Part shown: one piece after another, positions 26,424 through 35,220 of the stretch
Layout: each line of letters opens with the position of its first letter
Position numbering within the stretch: the stretch's first letter is position 1
DNA from: Obrimoposthia wandeli
Lineage: Eukaryota
Reading direction: 5' to 3'
Length of the DNA stretch: 64,000 nucleotides
NCBI GenBank assembly: GCA_977020255.1
Contig: CDROCS010001000.1
Coordinates: 496,001 to 560,000 of the forward strand
The notes under the pieces: generated by a model
What the model saw: only the letters and a program-made list of their open reading frames with translations
What the model was told of the DNA's origin: nothing
The model's database searches: none
Program-made: the position numbers and the translations under genes

Positions 26424-26886
26424 ATGTTAACAAATATTAATTATAAAGGAATTTACCTAGATGATGTAACCAAATTAAATTTTCGAACACGATCAGAACA
26501 ATACGTTTATAAAACCAAAGATTATACAATACTTATTTTAGAAATAAAAAATGTAGGATCATGGGATGTAAGGTTCCTATTAAAAATATTTTTTATCCTT
26601 TAATATATATAATAGGTATATATTTAGTATTCAATCAATTACTGTATGTGAAAATTTAGGTCAAAGTATAAATCTATTCAGTTTATGGAATGTGTTACGT
26701 AATAAATGTGCATTTGAAGTTTTCCCAGGCTTAAAATTAAATATTTTCAATCCATTGTGTGGGAATATTTTCACTTATGGAAAGGTTATAATCTTAGGTC
26801 TTAGGAATATAAATGTTAACAATCAAATTAATGATATCATTACATACATTAAAAAATTATATAAATATGAATCAATTTCTAATTAA
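26424..26886 (+). pseudogene. TBP-like gene (family B), two frameshifts, no intron
   Basis: MLTNINYKG...TILI(F)RNKKCRIMGCK...IQSITVCENLGQSINLF...FEVFPGLKL..NPLCGNIFTYGKVIILGLR: two TBP-type repeats. Confidence 0.8.
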
Positions 26887-26901
26887 AAAATTCAATGCAA
26901 A

Positions 26902-27285
26902 ATGTCTTATAAAGCACTTCAAAAGTATTACGAGTACGATATGTTCTTCCTGACATCTGCATGGATTCATCCAATGACTATGCCAGTGACATTATCGAAA
27001 ACTTCGTACAATTACCGAGTCTCTGATTTTGACAACAAATACATCCAACAACTCAATGATGTCATCAAATATTTGAAGATTGACGTACAACTTGATAAAG
27101 TGGTATATAGTGTCGGTACTAAACCAAAGGAACAAGCCCCCAGTTAAATTTCTTAATACAACACCAAGTCAGGTCTGAGAGGGGGTACCTTTTACTGCAA
27201 AACCATTTTGGCGTTGTATGTGTGATTTCAAGAACAATTTTAAGTATGGCACTATATATCTTACCGTTTAAAACCAAAGTAGATT
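26902..27285 (+). pseudogene. SSB/OB-fold-like accessory gene (family B homolog of 28105-28569)
   Basis: FFLTSAWIHPMTMPVTLSKTSYNYRVSDFDNKYIQQLNDVIK aligns by eye with RFLKKAQLIALVNPVTIERRKFSYYLSNIQKPDFQYLKQKVE. After a shift it continues to FWRCMCDFKNNFKYGTIYLTV. Confidence 0.55.
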
Positions 27286-27494
27286 AAGTAGATTTTAAGT
27301 GACCAAAGTCTCCCTTGCGGAGCCCCCTAAGAGTGGAGCCCTTCATTTGAAGACCGGACAGCACCTTTGGAAAAGATTATATTTATATTACTTTTGTTTA
27401 AAGTTAACCTTGAAATAATAATAAAATCAATTAATTATTTATTCATATGATAAATAACACTAAAATAAAATCAATTAATTATTTATTCATATGA

Positions 27495-27969
27495 TTACAA
27501 TTCAGCGTCAGTAGGTGGTTGTGTCCGGTCTAATCCACCCCCCTCACGGGGAGAGCTACCACTGTCCTTTAAAACCGTGCATGTGTGTGGAGTGACATTT
27601 CGTGCATGTGTGTCTCCATTCCACCCAGCAAAATATCCATTGAGACGTATTGAGATATTCCATAGTTCTTCATCTAGAATTGGAGCAATCAAATATCCTA
27701 GATCATCTTTAAAATCCAGACTGGGATCAGTTTCAAGCTGGAAACAATTTCCTTCATATACATAATCAAGAATGTAAAATCCCAAAATATTTTTCAATTG
27801 ATCATTTATCAGATGTTGTTAAAATTTCGATGAGATATTTATTCTCCACTTTTGATATTTTCACAGGATTAATAACTCGTATAATTTGATGCCTCTTTAA
27901 TATATTACATAGTTTTCCTTTTGAAATTCTTTCTGGATAATAAAAATTTGCTACACATCTCTTACCCAT
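27495..27969 (-). pseudogene. SSB/OB-fold-like paralog B (tandem paralog of 28105-28569)
   Basis: Reconstructed ILKRHQIIRVINPVKISK...LKNILGFYILDYVYEGNCFQL...DFKDDLGYL...NISIRLNGY aligns with FLKKAQLIALVNPVTIER...LKQKVEKAVPNFTFNKNEFYI...AFLDDYGRY...TVTIRLYGY. Confidence 0.65.
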
Positions 27970-28104
27970 TCTAAAATAAGGAAACTGATTAAAAAAACAA
28001 TGTTTATAAAAAAACTACACATAAGATACATATAAGATACAAATATTTAAAAAATAAAACTGATTATTAAATGAAAGAAACATAGTAAAATCGATTACAA
28101 TTTA

Positions 28105-28569
28105 TTACACGTAAAAGTTAAACATAGAAATATGAGCACGTTCAATTTTCCACATAGGCAACTTTGTCCCCATTTCATCTTTCTTGTAACCATAAAGTCG
28201 AATTGTTACAGTCAGTTGCTTCTTTTTCGGAAATGCATCAATATCAACATATCTTCCATAGTCATCTAGAAATGCTTCATCGGGTCCTCGGATATAAAAT
28301 TCGTTCTTATTGAAAGTAAAATTCGGAACTGCCTTTTCAACTTTCTGTTTAAGATATTGAAAATCTGGTTTTTGAATATTTGATAGATAGTAGCTGAACT
28401 TTCTTCTTTCAATTGTCACAGGATTTACTAAAGCAATCAGTTGAGCCTTCTTCAAGAATCTGACTTTGTATTTGAAATATTGTTTCACTTCTTCATACAT
28501 ATCCTTATCCGATTCTTCAAACATTTCTATATCTTCCTCATCGTTTAACACCTGTTGGCTATCATCCAT
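28105..28569 (-). CDS. 154-aa Maverick accessory protein, putative ssDNA-binding OB-fold (paralog A)
   Basis: Intact ORF with an acidic N-terminus and a beta-rich C-terminus (LTVTIRLYGY...GTKLPMWKI) reminiscent of viral SSBs. Three copies in the window. Function is inferred. Confidence 0.55.
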   Translation of the reverse strand: MDDSQQVLNDEEDIEMFEESDKDMYEEVKQYFKYKVRFLKKAQLIALVNPVTIERRKFSYYLSNIQKPDFQYLKQKVEKAVPNFTFNKNEFYIRGPDEAFLDDYGRYVDIDAFPKKKQLTVTIRLYGYKKDEMGTKLPMWKIERAHISMFNFYV

Positions 28570-28782
28570 CGTTGATAATTGTCTTTGATATGAATGTATT
28601 TACTATGATTTGTCCTCCAATGACGCATTCTTTTATACTAATTTCAAACAAAGACATGAATATCATTGGTTAATATAACTAAAGCATTGAATTTGATTGG
28701 ACCAAATCCATATTAAAAATCAAATTTTATTGGAAGATATATATCATCCAATTACATTGGGTTTGCAATATAATTACAAGAA
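28570..28782. promoter_or_regulatory. Divergent promoter with six CCAAT/ATTGG boxes between the SSB-like and TBP-like genes
   Basis: CCAAT at 28617 and 28748; ATTGG at 28665, 28696, 28729 and 28756; TA-rich GATATATATC at about 28736. Confidence 0.55.
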
Positions 28783-29349
28783 ACGTGCAATAAAAAAGCA
28801 GGTTCAGACATATATAAAGAAGATTTTACAGAATACAATTTTAGTCTATTGAAACTCGTAAATATAAATTATAAAGGTAGAACAGAAGATGATGTTTCGT
28901 ACTTACCATTCTATGAATGGAAACCGAGACAATATGTGAAAAAGTTTGGCAATTTCACAGTTGTTATTTTTCCTACAGGTTAGTTTTTTATTTTATTTTC
29001 ATATTGAATTCTTTTAGGAAATTGTCGTGTTATGGGATGCAAAATACCAATACTTGGGTTCAATTTACCATTTGGAATTCGAATCACTGCAATACAATCA
29101 ATCACGATTTCGGCAAATCTTGGGAAACAGATAAATCTTTTTAAAATTGCAGAGAAAATGAAAGAAGAATGCATGTTTGAACCAGAAATTTTTCCTGCTC
29201 TCAGTTATTTGAAGTTTAAACCGCTATGTGTAAATATATTTTCCAGTGGTAAAGTTATGATATTGGGATTGAAAATTTTTGATTTTCTAGACATTGTTGA
29301 TTTGATTTTAAAAAATATATCTTATTACATCTTGTTATCTTTTCTATAA
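28783..29349 (+). CDS. TATA-binding-protein (TBP)-like protein, about 175 aa, exons 28783-28978 and 29018-29349 (start codon ACG here, ATG in the 601 copy)
   Basis: Spliced product: ...LKLVNINYKG...VVIFPTGNCRVMGCK...IQSITISANLGKQINLFKIAEKMKEECMFEPEIFPALSYLKFKPLCVNIFSSGKVMILGLK. This matches both TBP repeats (cf. ALIFSSGKMVCTGAK; YEPELFPGLIY; LLIFVSGKVVLTGAK). A 39-nt GT-AG intron removes an in-frame TAG. Confidence 0.85.
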
Positions 29350-29366
29350 ACAAACCTGTTTAAACA

Positions 29367-29648
29367 TTGTTTCAAATGAATAATACTATAAATAGAGACA
29401 ATGAAGTGGATCGGCTTGCCGACGAAATATTTTCTGGAAAAATTAGGGGTAAAGAAATTTTATCAGAATTAAAAAATAATGATATAACAAGAGATAACAT
29501 TGAAATATTGGTTAGATCACACGTTATTCGAGAATTTAGAAATCGTACACAAATAAATAAAATTATAGTCAAATATTCATTAATTAATTTTTGTATTTCA
29601 TCTACAATAGCTCTAACATTGTACATTTCAATAAGGAAACTTCTATGA
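29367..29648 (+). CDS. 93-aa hypothetical Maverick protein with a C-terminal hydrophobic segment
   Basis: Intact ORF ending IIVKYSLINFCISSTIALTLYISIRKLL; homolog at 1185-1358. Confidence 0.65.
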   Translation: MFQMNNTINRDNEVDRLADEIFSGKIRGKEILSELKNNDITRDNIEILVRSHVIREFRNRTQINKIIVKYSLINFCISSTIALTLYISIRKLL

Positions 29649-29685
29649 TAATATAAACAATATTAAAAATAAAAGAGTATATGCA

Positions 29686-30333
29686 ATGGAGCTAAATAAT
29701 AATGCAGTATTTCAAATAGTTGGTCCCAGTGGAAGTGGAAAGACACATTTCGTATGTAAATTGTTGCAAAATGAATCTCTTTTCAAATCTAGTTTCAAAA
29801 ATATTTATTGGCATCATGGTGGAGGAGGGGAAAGCGGATTAACCAAAACAGAAGTTTGCAAGTTGAAGAGAATACAATTTATTGAAGGATTTGATGCAAA
29901 TTGGTGTGAAAGATTGAAATAAGAAGATGTAATAATAATTGATGATTTGTATCAGGAAGCTAACAAGGAATCAGACTTTAATAATTTATTTACGAAGATT
30001 GCAAGACATCGTGAAGTAACAATTATATTTATCACTCAAAATCCTTTTCACCAAGGAGGTCACCATAGAACTAGAAATCTTAATGTGCATTACTTAGTTT
30101 TATTTAAAAATCCTAGAGATCAAACAGTTGTTGATTTCGTGGCCAGACAGGGATTTCCCCAAAATAAAAACGTTTTAGTTGATTCATTCCACGATGCTGC
30201 TAAACAAGCACATGGGTATATATTTATTGACTTTACACAAGCTTGCCCAGATGATTTACGTGTTTTAACAGACATATTTAATTCTAAGGGAGTAACTGTT
30301 TATAAACAAATAGAGAACAATCATAAAAGATAA
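29686..30333 (+). pseudogene. A32/FtsK-HerA-like DNA packaging ATPase with one premature stop (TAA 29920-29922)
   Basis: Walker A GPSGSGKT; Walker B IIIDDL; RHREVTIIFITQN; RTRNLNVHYLVLFKNPRD. The two ORF-track halves are in the same frame. Confidence 0.95.
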
Positions 30334-30340
30334 ATGTACA

Positions 30341-30481
30341 ATGCCTTTTACGAAGTTGATAGTAAAACGTAAAGCAAAGCCTAAGAAATCAAAAAAATGA
30401 ATCATTAAGAAAAAAGAAGTGAAAAAATTAATCAAATCTGTAGTTAGAAATATAAAAAAACTTAAATGGCTTCGAATATAA
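30341..30481 (+). pseudogene. Small lysine-rich basic protein (putative core/DNA-condensing), one internal stop
   Basis: MPFTKLIVKRKAKPKKSKK*IIKKKEVKKLIKSVVRNIKKLKWLRI. Confidence 0.5.
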
Positions 30482-30512
30482 ACAATATTTAAATTGAACC
30501 TTTTTTATTAAA

Positions 30513-30842
30513 ATGAAGAAAATACAAAGAAGCATACCCTATTTTAAAGCTTTAGTCAAAGCCTCTTCTCATAAGAGTATGATTATTCTTAAAGCATTTC
30601 CATCTTTTGTTGTAGATGATTTATTGGAAGTTTTGTATAATATAGTTTTGGGTCGAGTAAAAGTTGGAAATCGGAAAAATATATTAAAGAAATATAGAAA
30701 AACTCTTCTAGATATTGCTAATGTAAAAAGTAAAAAAAGGAAACGAAATATTATTCTTAAACATAATGGTGGTTTCATAGGGGCTGTTATTCCAGTTGTT
30801 GCTTCAATTATCAGTAGTATTATGGCTGCGACACGTTCATAA
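30513..30842 (+). CDS. 109-aa Maverick conserved basic protein with a C-terminal GG|F amphipathic peptide (putative virion core/membrane-active protein)
   Basis: Basic body followed by KHNGGFIGAVIPVVASIISSIM, a pattern typical of Polinton small structural proteins. Confidence 0.7.
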   Translation: MKKIQRSIPYFKALVKASSHKSMIILKAFPSFVVDDLLEVLYNIVLGRVKVGNRKNILKKYRKTLLDIANVKSKKRKRNIILKHNGGFIGAVIPVVASIISSIMAATRS

Positions 30843-30925
30843 ACAATTATTTATAAAATCAGTTAAAGATATGGGTGCTAACCCTTCTTTACCTAAATTT
30901 AAATTTTCTTTCAATTCAAATTGTT

Positions 30926-31945
30926 GTAATGGAGAAGAAATGGTTCAATACAAAAGATCCAATTGGCTACACAATAGTTTCAAAATTAGCAAAAAGAACA
31001 AAACAAAATTACAAGAAAACGCAGAAATGGTTGAGCAACCAGTTAGCCTACAGTCTGAACAAGCGGATGAGAAGAAGGTTTCCAACTAGAGCTTACAAAA
31101 CCAGCGGTCCTAATAATTTATGGCAAATGGATTTGATGGAGATGATCCCATATAATAAGGGATATCGATATATTTTAACATGTATTGATGTATTTAGCAG
31201 GTTTGCTCGTGCAATTCCAGTTAAAGCAAAGTCTTCAATAGCTATGCTTGAAGCCATTAAAGAAATATTAAAAGAGGACATTCCACAAAATTTGCAAACT
31301 GATTTAGGAAAAGAATTTTATAATAAGCAAGTTCAATCTTTATTTAAACAAAATAATATAAATCACTACTCTGTTTTCACAGTATAAAGCAGCAGTAGTA
31401 TAAAGATTTAATCGTACTTTAAGAGATCGAATAAAAATGTATTTCACAAAAGAAGGAAATAAAAAATGAATCCAAGTTTTATCTAAAATAATACATGCAT
31501 ATAATCACTCGGAACATAGAGGTCTCAAGGGAATGAGACCGGTTGATGTTACTAATAAAAATTCTATGGATATTTGGATGGACAGGATTTAAAAAGAAAA
31601 TATTAAAAAAGCTAAATATAAAAAAAACGAATATGTCCGAATTTCGAAAATTAGCTCTACTCCATTTATTAAATACTTTGGTCAGAATTGGAGCGATGAA
31701 ATATTTTGTATAGGTAAAATTGATCAAAAGAGTAATCCAATTATGTATACTATTAAAGATGCTGACAATACTATCGTTCACGGTAAATTTTACGAGCAAG
31801 AACTACAAGTAATATCAAATAAACCTAGCGTTTTCCGTATTCAAAAAATATTAAAATCTAAGGGTGCCGGTAAACATAAACAATACTATGTTAAATGGCA
31901 TGGTTATTCAGATCCAACTTGAATATCAGCATATAATATAATATG
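30926..31945 (+). pseudogene. Retroviral-like (rve) integrase with C-terminal chromodomain
   Basis: WQMDL, CIDVFSRFA and LQTDLGKEF (two catalytic D). KAAVV*RFNRTL has the catalytic E mutated to a stop. Also YNHSEHRGLKGMRP, WSDEIF, GKFYEQEL and chromodomain QYYVKWHGY. Confidence 0.95.
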
Positions 31946-32993
31946 AAGTCTATGTATATGGTTTTACTTAGTAACGGATGTCCGAAGACTCAACCAGATA
32001 ATTACGCTAGTAGCTTTATTATCGATTGGGAAAATCCTATAAATCTCCAAGGAGAATGGGAAGCGGCTTTAACAGAATTTTCCTTTTATTATTCTCCAAT
32101 TACTATCAGAAAAAACTCACATATTTCGTTTACAAAAGAAGTTGATCATGAAAAATCAATTGAAGTTCTGATTAGGTTTGATAGTAAAGGAAAATTCTAT
32201 TACAATTGTATAGATAAAGAAGTCAAAGTAATATATGAAAAAAACAAAGTCAGATTTAAAAATCGACTAAAACATTTTTTAAAACCTATTCAAATTATAT
32301 TTGGATCTGATAGAGAAGCTCTTCAATTCGGTTTTGACAGTGGACATGTAGTAGATATGAAGAGATCTGATATAGCCTCATCTAAATCGTTTAAAATGTA
32401 ACAAAAGTGTTTTTAGTTGAAACGAGACCAAAGTATGTAGTGGAACTGAAAATGTTTTCAAAAGATTATAAATTAGATAGCGAAGTGAATTTCTGTAAAT
32501 TAATACAGAAGGAATGTAGTGAATATTTCGATACATGTGTAACATTAAAAAATGGTAAAATAACGTTTACAGTAAAGAGCAATATAATACGAGTTTTATT
32601 TGATGATAAACTCGCTAAAACCTTGGTTTAAACAGAAATACCTTTGAAACCCATACAATAAAAACCATAAAAGCTAAAAATAAGGCAAAACTTTTAAATG
32701 CTGTTAATCATTTATATATTTATACTAATTTAATAGAACTAACGCTTGTAGGATGACAGCGAGTTCCACTTTTGAGAACAATATGGATATCTAAAAATGA
32801 AACTAGAGATGGGGACGCTGTCGGTATGTGTATAGATCAACCAATGCATCTTCCAGTTTCTCTCTTTTCTATAAACAATATTGAAGTAAATATTAGAGAT
32901 GATTCCGGACAACTAATAGATTTCACGTACGAGGCCAAGACAAGTTTAACAATACATTTAAGAAAACAAAATGGCGAATCCAGCAATAATTGA
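31943..32993 (+). pseudogene. Minor capsid protein (penton, PX), disrupted
   Basis: N-terminal YMVLLSNGCPKTQPDNYASSFIIDWENPINLQGEWEAALTEF and C-terminal IEVNIRDDSGQLIDF...LTIHLRK are typical Polinton penton motifs; it lies upstream of PZ and MCP. Confidence 0.85.
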
Positions 32994-33348
32994 AGCTTAT
33001 AGTTAAAGCCAACAAGGTGGAGAATTACCATATTTTGTTGGTAAACAATATGGATCTGGCTAGCTTAGAACATTAGGTAGATTAGCCTTTTATCTTTTAA
33101 AGAGACTCGGGCGATTTATATCAAAATTAGGAAAGGAATACCTTTCATCTAAGGACAATAAACTAATACCAACTTTTAAGAAGCATGCGCTTGAGGAACT
33201 TGATAATGTTTTACCTTAAGTTGCTAATTTGATTAGAAAACGTAAATCAAATAAAAGCCAAGGAGGTAGTGGATTTAAAAGTAAAAAGAAGCAAAAAATC
33301 AATATAAACAAACGTAAGAAAGTTGAAGGAACAATATTTGCAAAATGA
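32971..33348 (+). pseudogene. PZ-like conserved Maverick structural protein
   Basis: MANPAIIEAYS*SQQGGELPYFVGKQYGSG*LRTLGRLAFYLLKRLGRFISKLGKEYL (cf. Q.GGGLP.F.G...Q.G.G.G..L..LFR). The stop overlaps the MCP ATG. Confidence 0.8.
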
Positions 33349-34573
33349 GTTGCGCCAAAACTGAATTGTGTATTTTTGATAAACCGCTTCCACAAGTAGT
33401 TGTAGATAATGCTTCCTTTGAAGAAATATTTCTAGTTAACTCAGTTTCAGGAACCACTTTAACCGATTTAGAATTTAATATTAATGGTTCCAATAGCGAG
33501 TATTTAGATTTGAATGATACTTTGCTTTATGTTCAAATAAAAGTATTAAATCGGGATGGTACTAATTTAGATGAAAATGCAGATGTAACACCTGTACATT
33601 ATCTCTTTAATTCTTTATTTAGTGATGCCATTGTTACTCTTAATAATGTCAAAATTGAAGGTGGAAATTCTTCCTATGCTCATAAAGCGTTGATTGAAAG
33701 TCTTTTGAATTATAGTACTGATACTCAAAATACTAATTTGGCAACCATTGGTTATGATAAAACGGTCGCAACTCGCAAAGAATGGATTGCAGGTTCTAAA
33801 GCTTACGAAATGTGTGGGTCTTTGAAATTGAATTTCTTTGAACAACCGAAATATTTAATTCCCGGTGTTAATGTACATCTTCGTTTGAAACGTAATAAAT
33901 GGAATTTTTCTTTGATAAGCACAGACGTTCTAAAACCTAGACTTGATATTTTGAATGCAAAATTATATGTCCGAAGAAGTAAAACGGAGCAATCAGTTTT
34001 AATGGCACATAATATAGGAATGGAAAAAAACAATGCTTGTTATCCTATTAGAGAAACTAAACTTATATCCTATTCTTTAGGTACGGCTACACAAGCTTTT
34101 AATAAGGATCAAATTTTTGGTGATGTAAGATTACCGAAATTCATTTTAATTTCTTTTCAAAAAACTGCAAAGTATCTAGGAAATTATACGACAGATGCAA
34201 CTCAATTTGACAATCTTAATGTAGGTTCAGTGACACTTTCAAGAAATACGATTATCGTGAAACAAATAAAACAGATTTCGAAGGTACCGCTTATGCTTTG
34301 GCTTATACACAATCTATTATTCGGAATTTGGGCCAACTAGATAAAAATATAAACAATGGTATTTCTTTCACTGAGTTTAAAAGCAGCTGCCCCTTCTTCA
34401 AATTAGTTTTGGCACCAGACTTTGATATAAACCAATGCCAACTACCAAAGGATGGAAATTTACGACTAGAAATTAAGTTCAATGTAGCTTTAACACATCC
34501 TACTACGGTGCTTATTTACGGAGTGTTTGATTCCGAAATACAAATCAATAAAAACAGAACTGTCATATTATAG
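33345..34573 (+). pseudogene. Major capsid protein (double jelly-roll, PY), one frameshift near 34250-34300
   Basis: CAKTELCIFDKPLPQ, LEFNINGSNSEYLDLNDTLLYVQIKV, YAHKALIESLLNY, KYLIPGVNVHLRLKRN; C-terminal DGNLRLEIKFNVAL...VLIYGVFDSEIQINKNR. Confidence 0.93.
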
Positions 34574-34574
34574 A

Positions 34575-34955
34575 ATGAAGTAAGACATTTTTTAAATTTA
34601 TATTTATTAATTTTTATTTAGTTCAGTACAAGTACAAGTATGAGCAGAGAAGGTCTTGGGTGATAAATTCAATGGAGTTTATCCTATTGATATGATTCCA
34701 TTTTTTCAATCTGGAGGATACATTATCAATACTCATACTTCGAATTTACCAGGAGAACATTGGATAGCTATTTATGTTAGAGAGTGGACAATACATGTAT
34801 TTGATCCACTTGCAATGTATTATCCACACAAACGTGTTTCAACTATTCAAAAAGGACGAAGAAGAGTATTTTACAACAAGATACAATATCAGGATCCTGC
34901 GACGAGAATCTGTGGACATTTATGTATTTTATGGTTATCGTTGCAAAACGATTAG
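34575..34955 (+). pseudogene. Adenain-like cysteine protease, exons 34575-34579 and 34622-34955 (42-nt intron), one early TGA
   Basis: Spliced MNSVQVQV*AEKVLGDKFNGVYPIDM...GEHWIAI...VFDPL...QYQDPATRICGHLC contains the His-Asp-Gln-Cys catalytic set. Confidence 0.9.
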
Positions 34956-35220
34956 TGTGTTATAAAAATAGAAATTTTAAATGTTTTATTTTGAATTATT
35001 TTTTTTAAATCCCTAAAGATATAAGGGTAAAATAATAAAAGACATAAGACGAATTTTTTTTTAATACATTTATTAAAAACAACATCACAATGAGATCTGT
35101 CAGCAAAGATATGGTCCATCCTAAAAAATGTTTTGAAATAACAAAATGTTAGAGTCAAGGTGCCATAGGGATCTAAAATTTTAAAGGACTAATCTAAAAA
35201 AATAAAAAAATGAAAACCGT

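Larger units (their letters stand above)
23560..27370. mobile_element. Truncated Maverick/Polinton of a second family (element B)
   Basis: Contains a diverged pPolB (minus), a TBP-like and an SSB-like gene (plus), and a TIR-core-like motif AGACCGGACAGCACCT at 27351-27366. Confidence 0.85.

Noticed and set aside
27421-27495. 31-bp direct repeat (27421-27451 and 27465-27495) next to element C's left end, as a possible TSD or CRISPR-like repeat
   Set aside because: Only two units in AT-rich DNA, both on the same side of the element and longer than the 6-bp Maverick TSD. Probably a local duplication.
27535-27560. Small GC hairpin inside the TIR (CCCC-TCAC-GGGG)
   Set aside because: The stem is only 4 bp and is not convincingly conserved in the 10072 or 57864 copies.
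28917-29144. ORF-track 75-aa ORF (METETICEKV...) overlapping the TBP-like gene
   Set aside because: It is an alternative frame running through the intron. The spliced TBP-like frame explains the region and is conserved in two other copies.
29686-34955. Premature stops (several TGG to TGA/TAG and CAA to TAA) as a targeted hypermutation signature or programmed readthrough
   Set aside because: Transitions to stops are expected in neutral decay in an AT-rich genome, other stop types (GAA to TAA) and frameshifts also occur, and no count was possible.
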